64,000 bases of DNA, taken from contig OZ242195.1 in the NCBI GenBank assembly GCA_965205975.1, positions 4,576,001 to 4,640,000 of the forward strand. The letters are read 5' to 3'. This stretch comes from Candidatus Latescibacterota bacterium. GTDB taxonomy: Bacteria > Latescibacterota > UBA2968. Position 1 is the first letter of the stretch. Every line of letters starts with the position of its first letter. Positions 48,342-61,192 of this stretch are shown piece after piece. The position numbers were made by a program, and so were the translations under genes. Below the pieces are notes generated by a model. It saw only the letters and a program-made list of their open reading frames with translations. It did no database searches and was not told where the DNA came from.

Positions 48342-49661
48342 ATGCGGTATCGGTTTTGTTGGATTGTTGCGTTTTGGGGGCTGATTTTTGAAGGTGTTTC
48401 CGCAGATGCAATAGGAATTCCATGGGACTTGTCTGCGATACTGGGTTCTGTAACGGTTGAGCAGGAGCAGCGGCAACGCTATAATATACAGCCTCGCATA
48501 CGCATGGGGGACTTGTCTGCGGCTTTTGATCTGGAGATTTTTTTGGATCATGAGGGGCGCATTCGGGACAGTGGCTGGGATTTTTCGAGTCGCCGAAGAG
48601 GGGTGGAGAGTCTGTTGCGAAAAATTCACTACGTGCGCTATGGAGATATCGATGATCGCAATCGGCGATTGTCTCTGCACGTCGGTGCTTTGGAATGGGT
48701 GACATTGGGCACGGGGCTGGTGATGCGCAACTATCGCAATACGCACGGTTCGCCGGGGATAAAACGCGCGGGTTTGGACATGAGAATTCGCCATATTTTC
48801 AGGCGTTTGACAGTGCGCGCCGTGATCGGCAATTTGCTGGATTTAGAAAGCGGTGGACCCGTTCTGGGGGGGCGCGTCGAATTTCAACCAGTTCCGCTAT
48901 TGGATATGGGCGTCACGGCGGTTGTGGATGCGGATCAACTCAGCGGCTTGCCAGATTCAATTCGCGCAGGTCTGCCGCGCGATGCATTTGCAGTCGCGAG
49001 TGTTGATGTGGGCTATCCGTTTATCGATAGACGGCATCTAAGGGCGAGGCTGTATGCGGGCGCGGGGCGAATTTTGGATGAGGATAGTGGGACGGGTCTC
49101 GCTTTGCCCGGTGTGATGGTTGATGTGGGGCCAGCGCGATTGCAGGCGGAGTATCGCTGGGTCAACGGCAGGTTTCAGGCCGGGCATTTTGACGCGCTCT
49201 ACGATGTTAATCGCGCCCTTGTCGATTCGCGTACGGGGGCTATTACAACGCGGGAAGCTACGTTGCAGTCTGAGTCGATGCAAGGGGTGTTTGGCAGTGC
49301 TCTTGTGAGATTTTACGGCATTTTTGTGGCAAGTGGATCCTATCAGCACTTGCGCGGAGATGTCAGCGATGCACAAATTGTGGAAGGCCGCGCGGGTATG
49401 ATACCAGAATTTTTGAAACAGATGCCCAAATTAAAAAAAGTGACACGAGCAGAGGGGTATTTTGAGAAGCGCTTTCAGAACATCAGCCTGAGAAATTTAT
49501 TCGATGGCACGCCCAATACGCGGTTTGGATATGTGGTTGCGCTGGAACCCGTAAAGAATACAGTGGTGATAATGGAGGCCGAATTTACTTATTTGCCAGA
49601 TGGTTCCGGCGGGTTTCGGCGCGAACGGATTTTGAATATTCAGACAAAGATAACGCTTTGA
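48342..49661 (+). CDS. Secreted hypothetical protein, possibly an outer-membrane beta-barrel
   Basis: Signal peptide, alternating beta-strand pattern, hydrophobic C-terminus. Confidence 0.65.
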   Translation: MRYRFCWIVAFWGLIFEGVSADAIGIPWDLSAILGSVTVEQEQRQRYNIQPRIRMGDLSAAFDLEIFLDHEGRIRDSGWDFSSRRRGVESLLRKIHYVRYGDIDDRNRRLSLHVGALEWVTLGTGLVMRNYRNTHGSPGIKRAGLDMRIRHIFRRLTVRAVIGNLLDLESGGPVLGGRVEFQPVPLLDMGVTAVVDADQLSGLPDSIRAGLPRDAFAVASVDVGYPFIDRRHLRARLYAGAGRILDEDSGTGLALPGVMVDVGPARLQAEYRWVNGRFQAGHFDALYDVNRALVDSRTGAITTREATLQSESMQGVFGSALVRFYGIFVASGSYQHLRGDVSDAQIVEGRAGMIPEFLKQMPKLKKVTRAEGYFEKRFQNISLRNLFDGTPNTRFGYVVALEPVKNTVVIMEAEFTYLPDGSGGFRRERILNIQTKITL

Positions 49662-49666
49662 CTCGT

Positions 49667-52648
49667 TTAAAATCCCTCAAATTGGCTCAGGTCTGCAATG
49701 CCGTTGGGCAGGGCGGCGATGTGTTGGGCAAGGGCGAGGCGCGATTGCTTGAGGTCGGGATCATCGACCATGATGAGTACGTCTTCGAAGAAGCGGTTGA
49801 TGGGGTCGCGCAATTCGGCCATGACCTGGATCAGGGCGGCGAGTTTGTCGTCGGCTGCGTCCATTGTTTTGCGCGCGGCGAGATAGGCTTTGTTCAGTGT
49901 ACAGGAGGCTTCTTCGGGGTCGCGGCCGGGATTGAGATCGTAGTGTTCTGAGAGGTCGCGCACAATGCGTTTGCACCGCGCATGGGCATGGAGGATGTCG
50001 AGCCATTGATCGGAATGGATTTGCGCGGTAAATGCTCGGGCAATCCGCTGGATTTGATAGGGGTCATCCAAATGCGCTGCAATCGCAGCGGAAATTGCGT
50101 CGTGGCGCAGGCCCTCGTCGCGCAGGACTACTTCGAGGCGACGAATGATGTAGTCAAAGGCTTCGTCGAGGGCTTCTTGTTTGACTACAACGGGCAAGTG
50201 ATTGGCGGCTACATTGAGGCCATGGCGCAGGGGAAAATGCATTTTGTAACCGAGAAGATTTGAAAGCAAGCCCAGGGTGTCGCGCCTGAGACCGTAGGGG
50301 TCGGCATTTGATCGGGGTTTGATGCCCACGCCAAAAAGACCGGCGAGGCTGTCGAGGCGGTCGGCTATTGAGACGGCGAGGCCGGGTTGTGTTTGGGGCA
50401 GTGAGTCGCCCGGGAAGCGCGGATGGTAATGGTCTTCAATGGCGCGCGCAACGGTTTTCGTTTCGCCTGAAGACAGGGCATAATAGCGGCCCATGATGCC
50501 CTGCAGGGAGGTCATTTCGACGACCATGCTGGTCGCCAGGTCGGCTTTGCACAATACGGCTGCGCGCAGAGCCGCTTTTTTATTTTTTTCACGAAGTCCA
50601 AGCGCGGCAGATAAATCGTTGACGAGTTTTTCTATGCGGCGGGTTTTGTCGCGCATAGAGCCGAGTTTTTCTTGAAAAGTGAGGGTGTCCAGGCGCGATA
50701 GAAAGTCGCCGAGTTTTTTGTTTGTGTCGTCTTCGTAAAAGAATCTGGCGTCGGCATATCGGGCGCGTATGACGTTTTCATTGCCTTTGACGACGAGGTT
50801 GGGGTCGTCGGGTAGCCCATTGCACACGGTGATAAAGTTGGGTTTGAGGTTGCCTTTTTCGTCGAGTACCGGGAAATATCGCTGGTGTTTTTTCATGACG
50901 GCGATGAGCGTTTCGCGGGGTAGGGAAAGGTGCGCGCTTTCAAAGGTGCCACAAAGCGCGTGCGGGGCTTCGACGAGGTCGGTGACTTCGTCGATCAGGT
51001 TGGGGTCGTCGGGTACGTTGCCGTCGATTTGTTGGGCTACTGTTTCGACTTGTTGTTTGATGGTTTCGCGCCGTTTGTCGCGGTTGACTACGATGCCGTG
51101 TTTTTGCATTTGCGCGCGATAGTCAGAAGCAGAAGCGATTTCGATTTCTGGCGAGGCATTGGGGCGCAGTCCGCGGCTCGTGCGTCCCGCTGTTGCGCGC
51201 GCATAAGTGAATGGGATGATTTGATCGCCAAAGAGGGCGACAATCCAGCGGAGGGGACGCGGATATGCGATTCCTTCAGAATTCCAGCGCATGGTTTTGC
51301 CAAAGCTGAGTTTGGCGATAAGTTCGGGTAGCAGTTCAGAGAGGATTTCCTGGGTTTTGCGCCCGTAAATGGTGATGCCTGCCCAGACGTAGTCGTCGCG
51401 CTGTTCCACTTCTGATGGATCAATGCCCTGTCCGCGGGCAAATCCCTGAAGTGCTCGGGTGGAATTGCCGTCATTGTCATAGGCGATGCGGATGGCTGGT
51501 CCGCGCGCTTGTCTGATTTCATCGGGTTGCCGTCCCAGCAGATTTTTGACGATGGCATATTGTCTGCGCGGCGTGCCGCTAACTTCGATGCTGTCGTACG
51601 TGAGATTTGCTTCGCCGAGGTGTTCGGGCAGCAGTTTTTCAAGTTGTGCTATCGCGCTGACCACATCGGCAGGTGGCAGTTCTTCCGAGCCGATTTCGAA
51701 CAGGAGATCGGCGGCGTTTAATTCGGGCAGTTTTTCGGCTTCGGGTACCGGTGAGGGCTTGTCCTTTAATGGTTTTATGAGGGGATGTCCCTGGTCTTCG
51801 CGTTGTTTGAGATATGCTTCGGCTATTTGGCGCGATAGGTCGCGCATTTGGGCAAAAAAACGGGCGCGTTCGGTTACGCCAATGGCACCGCGCGTGTCGA
51901 GCAAATTAAAGGTGTGCGAGCAGCGAATGACGTAGTCGTGTGCGGGAATGACGAGGTCGCGGTCAAGAGCTGCCTGGGCTTCGGCTGTAAAGATGTCGTA
52001 CATGGATTTGAGGCGGTTGACGTCGGCCCAGTAGAATTCGTAGTTGCAGTATTCTATTTCTTGTTTTTTGAGGATGTCGCCATAAGTTACCGTGTCATTC
52101 CACTGTAGTTTCCAGACTTCATCGACGCCTTGAAGATACATGGCAATGCGTTCGAGACCGTAGGTGATTTCAACGGCAACGGGATCGAGTTGCATGCCAC
52201 CCGCTTGCTGGAAATAGGTAAATTGCGTGATTTCCATGCCGTCTAACCACACTTCCCATCCCAGGCCCCAGGCACCCAGAGCGGGGGATTCCCAGTTGTC
52301 TTCGACAAAGCGGATGTCGTGTGCTTTGCAATCGAGTCCCAGAGTTTCGAGGCTTTTGAGATACAGTTCCTGCGGGTTGCCGGGGTCGGGTTTGAGGATG
52401 ACCTGATACTGGGTGTGCATTTGCATGCGGTTGGGGTTTTCACCAAAGCGCCCATCGTCGGGGCGATAGGAGGGTTCGACATAGGCGACGTTCCAGGGTT
52501 CGGGTCCGAGTACGCGCAATACTGTGGCGGCGTTCATAGTGCCTGCGCCCACTTTTTCGCTGTAGGGTTGCCAGATTATACAGCCGTTGTCGGCCCAGAA
52601 GCGCTCGAGGCGCATGATCAGGTCTTGAAAATTCAGGTGGTTGCTCAC
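49667..52648 (-). CDS. glyQS: Glycine-tRNA ligase, fused alpha+beta
   Basis: Alpha motifs [22 protein letters not shown] continuous with beta [23 protein letters not shown] start. Confidence 0.95.
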   Translation of the reverse strand: MSNHLNFQDLIMRLERFWADNGCIIWQPYSEKVGAGTMNAATVLRVLGPEPWNVAYVEPSYRPDDGRFGENPNRMQMHTQYQVILKPDPGNPQELYLKSLETLGLDCKAHDIRFVEDNWESPALGAWGLGWEVWLDGMEITQFTYFQQAGGMQLDPVAVEITYGLERIAMYLQGVDEVWKLQWNDTVTYGDILKKQEIEYCNYEFYWADVNRLKSMYDIFTAEAQAALDRDLVIPAHDYVIRCSHTFNLLDTRGAIGVTERARFFAQMRDLSRQIAEAYLKQREDQGHPLIKPLKDKPSPVPEAEKLPELNAADLLFEIGSEELPPADVVSAIAQLEKLLPEHLGEANLTYDSIEVSGTPRRQYAIVKNLLGRQPDEIRQARGPAIRIAYDNDGNSTRALQGFARGQGIDPSEVEQRDDYVWAGITIYGRKTQEILSELLPELIAKLSFGKTMRWNSEGIAYPRPLRWIVALFGDQIIPFTYARATAGRTSRGLRPNASPEIEIASASDYRAQMQKHGIVVNRDKRRETIKQQVETVAQQIDGNVPDDPNLIDEVTDLVEAPHALCGTFESAHLSLPRETLIAVMKKHQRYFPVLDEKGNLKPNFITVCNGLPDDPNLVVKGNENVIRARYADARFFYEDDTNKKLGDFLSRLDTLTFQEKLGSMRDKTRRIEKLVNDLSAALGLREKNKKAALRAAVLCKADLATSMVVEMTSLQGIMGRYYALSSGETKTVARAIEDHYHPRFPGDSLPQTQPGLAVSIADRLDSLAGLFGVGIKPRSNADPYGLRRDTLGLLSNLLGYKMHFPLRHGLNVAANHLPVVVKQEALDEAFDYIIRRLEVVLRDEGLRHDAISAAIAAHLDDPYQIQRIARAFTAQIHSDQWLDILHAHARCKRIVRDLSEHYDLNPGRDPEEASCTLNKAYLAARKTMDAADDKLAALIQVMAELRDPINRFFEDVLIMVDDPDLKQSRLALAQHIAALPNGIADLSQFEGF

Positions 52649-52746
52649 GGTTGGTTCCTCGGTTGGTGGATCGTGGTCAAAGGTCAAATGATACCCTGAT
52701 TTTTAGTTTGTGTCAAATTGTGGTCGGTTTTAAGCGTTTTTTCCTC

Positions 52747-52855
52747 TTGCAAAAGTCCATTTTCTGGTCTATATTCTGGATAGATGACGACTGGCAAAAT
52801 TAAATACAAACGCTCCCTCAATGGGGGCGTTTTTTTTATACGCGGAAGGAGGTAA
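52747..52855 (+). promoter_or_regulatory. pyrB promoter, leader ORF and attenuator
   Basis: TTGCAA-17-TATATT; leader ORF 52784-52855; hairpin 52808-52832 followed by a T-tract. Confidence 0.65.
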
Positions 52856-52858
52856 GAG

Positions 52859-53785
52859 ATGGACAGTCTGTTTCACATAATTGAGGCGCAGCAATTTAGT
52901 CGAGATATCATGGATGAGATTTTTGGTGTGACGCGAGAGATGGAGAATGTGGTCAGCCGTTATGGTTCGAATATTTTGAATCGGCGGATTATGGCGACTT
53001 TATTTTACGAACCGAGTACGCGCACGCGGTTGTCTTTTGAAGCGGCGATGTATCGCCTGGGTGGCGAGGTGATTACTACAGAGAGTGCGCGGGAGTTTTC
53101 ATCAGCGGCAAAGGGTGAGACGCTGGAGGATACGATCCGTATTGTAGAGGGGTATTCCGATGTGATTGTGTTGCGGCACTACGAGAGCGGTTCTGCACGG
53201 CGGGCGGCAGAGGTGGCGTCGATCCCCATTCTCAATGCGGGTGACGGACCGGGGCAGCATCCCACGCAGGCACTTTTGGATGTGTACACGATTCAGAAGG
53301 AGATCGGCAGGTTAGATGGTATTCATGTGGCATTGGTCGGCGATCTGGCAAATGGCCGGACAGCGCGGTCACTGGCTTATTTGTTGACAAAGTACGAAGA
53401 TGTGAAGTTGTATTTTGTGGCGCCAGATATGGTGCGTATGAGAGATGATATCAAGGGGTATCTGACAGAACACGGGGTGGCGTTTGAGGAAGAAGACGAT
53501 CTGATGAGCGTGATGTCGAAGGTGGATGTGGTGTATCAGACGCGGATTCAGCGAGAGCGATTTGGCGATCGGATACAAGATTACGAGCGGGCGCGGGGAA
53601 AGTATATTATCGATGTGGAGACGATGTCGGCGCTTTCGGAGAATGCGATTGTGATGCATCCCCTGCCCCGGGTTGATGAGATTGATCCGGCTGTTGATAC
53701 AGATCCCCGTGCTGCGTATTTTCGCCAGGCACATAACGGTGTTTTTATTCGCATGGCGCTGTTGCAGATGGTGTTGGACGTGTGA
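52859..53785 (+). CDS. pyrB: Aspartate carbamoyltransferase catalytic subunit
   Basis: FYEPSTRTR, KGETL.DT, HPTQALLD, MHPLPR. Confidence 0.97.
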   Translation: MDSLFHIIEAQQFSRDIMDEIFGVTREMENVVSRYGSNILNRRIMATLFYEPSTRTRLSFEAAMYRLGGEVITTESAREFSSAAKGETLEDTIRIVEGYSDVIVLRHYESGSARRAAEVASIPILNAGDGPGQHPTQALLDVYTIQKEIGRLDGIHVALVGDLANGRTARSLAYLLTKYEDVKLYFVAPDMVRMRDDIKGYLTEHGVAFEEEDDLMSVMSKVDVVYQTRIQRERFGDRIQDYERARGKYIIDVETMSALSENAIVMHPLPRVDEIDPAVDTDPRAAYFRQAHNGVFIRMALLQMVLDV

Positions 53786-53790
53786 AAGGT

Positions 53791-54216
53791 TTAAGATAGG
53801 TTCTCAAGGTCTCTTTTAAATACCAGGAGTACAATAGCCCCAGATAGCGATTCCGTTACGGCAATCCGACTTTGTTTGTCGTAGAAAAATCCCGAAAAAT
53901 TTCGTCCTGACGTGGAAAATGTGATTTCAAATTTTGAATTTACAGCGTAATTCCCATCTGTCTCCCAAACACTCCGATCCGGACTGCCAAAGTGCGCATA
54001 TAAGCGATATGTTCTGTCCGGGTTTAATTCAATAAATCCAGTGGGCGGATTTTTTTCCGCTTCGCGATTTCGATAGACCAGAGCGTGTCCGCGGCCCGAA
54101 TCAATTGTAACTGCCTGCAATGTGTAAATCCCTGCCACGGCCTGTGGCGATGTGGGTAACTCCGCGCCACAGGTACTCAAGAGCAATCCCAAAAAAATAA
54201 TCGCGATCCGTTTCAT
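53791..54216 (-). CDS. Hypothetical lipoprotein
   Basis: MKR-hydrophobic-LSTC lipobox; GGAG RBS. Confidence 0.7.
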   Translation of the reverse strand: MKRIAIIFLGLLLSTCGAELPTSPQAVAGIYTLQAVTIDSGRGHALVYRNREAEKNPPTGFIELNPDRTYRLYAHFGSPDRSVWETDGNYAVNSKFEITFSTSGRNFSGFFYDKQSRIAVTESLSGAIVLLVFKRDLENLS

Positions 54217-54344
54217 AACAACCTGTCTCCAGGTGCTCTTTGCCGCTCAAATCATAAGTGTTCTAAATTAATCCAACTGCTTCGTTTATGCGAGTATTTT
54301 CTATCACCTTGACGGATTAGCAGTTGTGCGAGTATATTGTGCTT

Positions 54345-55265
54345 ATGATTTCTGATGAGATGAGAAGACGCATCGCCGCGCTCAATCGCCGCGACTTGAA
54401 ACACGCAGATGAGGTTTCGGAAGCCGAGGGGCAAGTAGAGCCTGAAGTTCGGTCTGTCCGTGGAGAGAGGCGCGCGCCCGATCCCGGTGAGTTGCGCGTG
54501 ATGGCTACTGCGTCCGATGCGCGATTGCATCTCGCGCTGGACGAGGTGACACAGGGCGAGGTGATTCATACACCCGCAGGTACATTTCTGTTGATTGATC
54601 AGACTGTTCAAGAGTTTCTGAGCGGTGGCGGGCGGGCGTTTGGTGCGCGATACGAACGCGCGATAAGCGCGTTACATGCGGGTAATGTGCCACACGATCC
54701 GTATGATACGTTTCATACTTTGATTGATGCACGCGCCGAAGATGTGATTTACGTCGATATTGAGACGACGGGGTTGACGGCTGGTACGCCGCTGTTTTTG
54801 ATTGGCGTGTTGGGGCATTTTGATGGCGATTTGCGCGTTGTGCAGTTGCTGGCGCGAGATTATACGGAAGAGGCTGCGTCGTTGTCGCATTTCGTCACAA
54901 TGTTAGATGCTTCGAGGGTGATTGTGAGCTTTAATGGCAAGTCGTATGATTTGCCCTATATCCGCGACCGGTGTTTGTTTATGGGTGTGCCGTTTCGGCT
55001 GCGACAGGCGCATATCGATATGTTGCATGTGGGGCGTCGTATATGGGGCAGGCAGTTACCCAATTGCAAGTTGCAGACTTTGGAACAATATATTTGCCGC
55101 CGCACCCGGCAAGGCGATATTCCAGGTGCTGAGATTCCCAATGCGTATCACCGATTTGTTAAGTCGGGAAATGCCGTGCAGATGCGCGATATTTTGCATC
55201 ACAATGCGCTGGATCTGCTGACGACGACAGAGGTGTTGTTGCGTGTGCTGGAGGGGGAGAGGTGA
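54345..55265 (+). CDS. RNase H-like DEDD exonuclease (YprB/RNase_H_2 family)
   Basis: YVDIETTGL, SFNGKSYDLP, HIDMLH, HNALDL. Confidence 0.85.
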   Translation: MISDEMRRRIAALNRRDLKHADEVSEAEGQVEPEVRSVRGERRAPDPGELRVMATASDARLHLALDEVTQGEVIHTPAGTFLLIDQTVQEFLSGGGRAFGARYERAISALHAGNVPHDPYDTFHTLIDARAEDVIYVDIETTGLTAGTPLFLIGVLGHFDGDLRVVQLLARDYTEEAASLSHFVTMLDASRVIVSFNGKSYDLPYIRDRCLFMGVPFRLRQAHIDMLHVGRRIWGRQLPNCKLQTLEQYICRRTRQGDIPGAEIPNAYHRFVKSGNAVQMRDILHHNALDLLTTTEVLLRVLEGER

Positions 55266-55275
55266 AGGGTGCCTT

Positions 55276-57676
<2,401 letters not shown>

Positions 57677-57735
57677 TGTTTGCAATTGTAGCTGATTATA
57701 TTGTTTGGGATTATCACGAGAGGAGGAGGCGAGAT

Positions 57736-58395
57736 ATGAATATGCGGTGGATCATTGGTTTGTTTTTTGTCGGGTGTGTTATAGTACAACAGGTCTGGGC
57801 GGAGACGTCATTGGGGTTGCCGGTTGAGGGTGTGCAGACGATTGTGTTGCGCAATGAGGTGGGTAAGAATCAGATTCGGTTTGTGAGTTCGGCACCGCTG
57901 GAGGAGATCCACGGTACAGCGGCGGAGATTTCGGGCGAGTTGATACTGGATCCGACAAATTTGGAGGGTATGGCCGGGAAGATTGAGGTGCAGGTTGCGA
58001 GTATGGAGACGGGTATCGAGAAGCGTGACGCGCATTTGCATAGCGCGGATTGGTTGGATGAAAAACAGTTTCCGGTGATTGTGTTTGAGATTGCAGGGTT
58101 GAAGGATGTGTCTGTGGAGGGAGGAAAAGATAGGGCTGTGATTAAGGGTTTGGCAATGGGGACGTTTTCACTGCACGGCGTGGCGAAGGAGATGGAGATT
58201 CCTTTTGAGGCGACGTATTTGCTGGCGTCGGAGCAGACAAAGAAGCGCGCGCCAGGAGATTTTTTTGTGGTGAAGGGCGAGTTTCAGATTGCGTTGAAGG
58301 ATTTTGATATTGCAGGTGCGCGCGGGCTGGTGGGTAATCGGGTTGGGAAGAAGATCGATTTGAAGACAAATTTTTTTGGTTCTACAAGGCGGTGA
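57736..58395 (+). CDS. yceI: YceI-family periplasmic protein
   Basis: METGIEKRDAHLHSADWLD...FP, LHGVAKE; AGGAGG RBS. Confidence 0.88.
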   Translation: MNMRWIIGLFFVGCVIVQQVWAETSLGLPVEGVQTIVLRNEVGKNQIRFVSSAPLEEIHGTAAEISGELILDPTNLEGMAGKIEVQVASMETGIEKRDAHLHSADWLDEKQFPVIVFEIAGLKDVSVEGGKDRAVIKGLAMGTFSLHGVAKEMEIPFEATYLLASEQTKKRAPGDFFVVKGEFQIALKDFDIAGARGLVGNRVGKKIDLKTNFFGSTRR

Positions 58396-58425
58396 GACTG
58401 GAGACGTAAGACGGGAGAAACAACC

Positions 58426-58509
58426 GTAGGGGCGAGGCCTGCCTCGCCCGTCATTGTGGCCCCGTATAGAATCATTACGGGGCAGGCTATGGTTTTAGCT
58501 GCGATCCAG
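58426..58509. repeat. GTAG REP followed by a degenerate GTCAT..GATCC repeat interrupted by the 28-bp mini-element
   Basis: GTAGGGGCGAGGCCTGCCTCGCCC; GTCATTGTGGC|28 bp|ATGGTTTTAGCTGCGATCCAG. Confidence 0.75.
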
Positions 58510-58593
58510 TGTTTGCGAACTGTGGATGGGAAAACTTGATATCCCAATCACAGTTTTTTTATAAAAATGCACTAATTCTGAAAAAAATGAAAA

Positions 58594-58631
58594 AATAAGA
58601 GATATTCGGAAGGAATAAGAGATATGCGGAA
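58594..58631 (+). promoter_or_regulatory. Tandem 18-bp direct repeat, candidate AraC-type site
   Basis: AATAAGAGATATTCGGAA / AATAAGAGATATGCGGAA, 20-bp period. Confidence 0.55.
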
Positions 58632-58930
58632 TCTTTTTGGGTTGAACTTATAGACGCGATGGTATTATCATAAAAAAGCCGCTGGCAAGACTCGGCTAAG
58701 TCAACTGTCAGCGGCAGCAAATATCTCAAGCTGATAACTTGAGAAGGTTAAACAAAGGTAGCGACCTGAAGCGCGATTGTCAATGTGAATATAATGTTCA
58801 ATCGAAAATAGAAAAGTGAACGATGTGTTCACTTCTCAATTCGATAGTCAGCTTGAACTTTATTCTACGATAATCTCTATATGGAATAAAAATAACGCCT
58901 TAAAAAAATTATCATTTGAACAATTCATAT

Positions 58931-58946
58931 TGGCATACATGTTGCA
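58931..58946 (+). promoter_or_regulatory. sigma54 -24/-12 promoter
   Basis: TGGCATACATGTTGCA with correct GG/GC spacing; palindrome AAGTGAAC-N5-GTTCACTT about 100 bp upstream. Confidence 0.65.
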
Positions 58947-59047
58947 TGTATCTGTTTAAGCAGTAAAAAATCTGTTTTAAATCGTGTGGAAAGTCAGGCT
59001 CTAAGCCTCAAATATTTAGACAGCGTTTTATCGCACAGGAGAAAAAT

Positions 59048-59854
59048 ATGAACAAACAGAAAATACTGATTATAGATCACGATCCCGGCATTCTATCGAC
59101 CCTTGTCGGATTTCTGAGCGATGAACCTTATGATGTATGCACAGCGAGCAATGGGAAAGAAGGGCTTGAAATTTTGAGACGAGAGAAGATCGATCTCGCT
59201 ATCGCTGAAATGTATATGGGAGGTCTTGATGGGGTCGCGCTTTTGAAGTGCGTTGCAATAGAGAAAATTCAGACAAACGTCCTGATCATGGAAAGTGTTG
59301 TGCCCATGGAAGTAGCCGAAAAAATACTCAAGGCCGGTACTGCAGGCGTATTGGACAAACCGACCAATAAGGACAGATTTTTGGCAAAGATCAAAAACTG
59401 TATCCCACTAACTGAAGTGGAATACACCGGGGCGCGGGTCCGTCAAACATCTCGTTTACTGCCCAGATCCCTTCAACAGCCATTGAACGCTGGTCGAGAG
59501 AAGGTTTCACCAGAGGCGTTGGAATCATTTTTGGAGGAGCGTTACAGAGATCCAGGCCTGAAATTTGAAGACCTCACGCGCTGTTTTGATATCTCGCTAT
59601 CGCGTGGTCACGCGCTGTTCAGAAAATATTTTGACAGGACCTTCCGTGAAAAACTGAGGGAGGTCAGAATAGCGCAGGCAGAGCATTTTTTAACACACTC
59701 ATCACTGTTGATATATGAAATTGCACGCCTATGTGGGTTTCGCGGATCAAATCGTTTCTCCGAGGATTTCAAGAGGATACATGGCTTTTCTCCTACCCAG
59801 TATCGTAAAAAATTTATGCGCGGAGCAATTCAGTCGTTTTCGGAAGATGTTTGA
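59048..59854 (+). CDS. Receiver-AraC response regulator (atypical receiver)
   Basis: REC fold plus C-terminal IYEIARLCGF..FKRIHGFSPTQYR. Confidence 0.88.
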   Translation: MNKQKILIIDHDPGILSTLVGFLSDEPYDVCTASNGKEGLEILRREKIDLAIAEMYMGGLDGVALLKCVAIEKIQTNVLIMESVVPMEVAEKILKAGTAGVLDKPTNKDRFLAKIKNCIPLTEVEYTGARVRQTSRLLPRSLQQPLNAGREKVSPEALESFLEERYRDPGLKFEDLTRCFDISLSRGHALFRKYFDRTFREKLREVRIAQAEHFLTHSSLLIYEIARLCGFRGSNRFSEDFKRIHGFSPTQYRKKFMRGAIQSFSEDV

Positions 59855-59909
59855 GTTGTATGTTCATTTGGTCGGTCTAATTCACTTTTAACAGTGGGCT
59901 GGATGAGTT

Positions 59910-61190
59910 ATGGCACAGAGTGAAAAGATTGTAAGGTTCAATGGCTATCCCCAAAAAGAGGTGTCTTTTGAAAACACAGAGGCGCGAGAGGCCCTCTCAA
60001 CTTCAGGAATTGGTTTCCGGTTTGTGCGCTATTTCTTGCTCACCATTTTGTGCGTGGTGGGTAGCATGGCCGCGCTGATTGGTCTTTTGGGCTGGCATCT
60101 GGGCATGGAAATCACGGTTGCAGGGCAAGGTCGCTTGCAGCCCACTGCGCGTTATGAAGTGAAAGCACAACGATCGGGCTTGATCCAGACTGTTCATGTG
60201 CAACACGGACAAGAGATTGCACAGGATGATTTGATGCTGACTTTGGATGATACCGATTTGCGTACGGAATTGGAACAACTCGAACATGAATTAGCGATGA
60301 ATCAGAGTCGGCGTGTGGCTCTGGTTGCAGAATTGCAACGCGAGCGTGCCGTTTTGGAGACAGAGATTGCAGGATCTGAAGTGGCGTATGAGACAGCGAG
60401 GTTGCAATTGGAACAGGTCCGGCAAGAATACCAGATCTACCGCAAATACGCGCCTTATCGCGAGGATGGGAGTGTGCGGCCGCCTGTTGATACCTTGATT
60501 CCCATTCGGGTACACCAGACGCGGGTACAGCGTACAAAAGTGGAGATTGAGCGGGCAAAACGGCGGCTGGTCGCTCTGGACAATCGCAAGCAGGAACACG
60601 AGATGCTAAAACAAACATACAAAAAATTACAGGTCAGCCATCGCCTTGTCAAAACTCGTATGGAACAAATGAAGATCTATGCCCCTGTTTCTGGAACTGT
60701 GTTGACGCGCGATTTGGATAAACGCGAGGGCGACCGCATAGAGGCGGGTGAAGCCGTGATTGAATTGGCCGAACTGCACAGTTGGCAAGCTGAGGTGATG
60801 ATTCAAGAAGTGGATATTCCAAAGGTGAAAGAGGGGCATAAGGTGCGGATATATGTGAATGCATTTCCCCATATGGAATACAAGATTTTTGAGGGAAGGG
60901 TGACAGATGTTCCGAGAAAACCCGAGCCTATCACACCTATGGGCGCCGGTCTCGTACCGGGCGGTATGAGTACTGTTTATCCGGTGAAGATTAGTGTGAT
61001 AGATCCACATTTATCTGACGGAGAATGTCCGCTTGCTTATGGCATGGGTGTGGAAGCTAAGATCGTGACAGAGCGCGGTCCTATCGTTGACTTGCTGTGG
61101 AAGAAGTTTCTGAAAACCGTAGGCAAAATCGGTCGCCCTGAGATTTATCGGTTGGAAGAATCTCCTGAAACTGCACAGATCAGGAACTGA
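59910..61190 (+). CDS. HlyD-family secretion membrane fusion protein
   Basis: N-terminal TM, lipoyl-like hairpins (IYAPVSG), coiled coil, AFP..EY..FEG.V. Confidence 0.9.
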   Translation: MAQSEKIVRFNGYPQKEVSFENTEAREALSTSGIGFRFVRYFLLTILCVVGSMAALIGLLGWHLGMEITVAGQGRLQPTARYEVKAQRSGLIQTVHVQHGQEIAQDDLMLTLDDTDLRTELEQLEHELAMNQSRRVALVAELQRERAVLETEIAGSEVAYETARLQLEQVRQEYQIYRKYAPYREDGSVRPPVDTLIPIRVHQTRVQRTKVEIERAKRRLVALDNRKQEHEMLKQTYKKLQVSHRLVKTRMEQMKIYAPVSGTVLTRDLDKREGDRIEAGEAVIELAELHSWQAEVMIQEVDIPKVKEGHKVRIYVNAFPHMEYKIFEGRVTDVPRKPEPITPMGAGLVPGGMSTVYPVKISVIDPHLSDGECPLAYGMGVEAKIVTERGPIVDLLWKKFLKTVGKIGRPEIYRLEESPETAQIRN

Positions 61191-61192
61191 AC

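Noticed and set aside
52780..52840. PyrR-binding loop or ZTP riboswitch in the pyrB leader
   Set aside because: PyrR consensus is absent; GACTGGC alone is too short and the leader too small.
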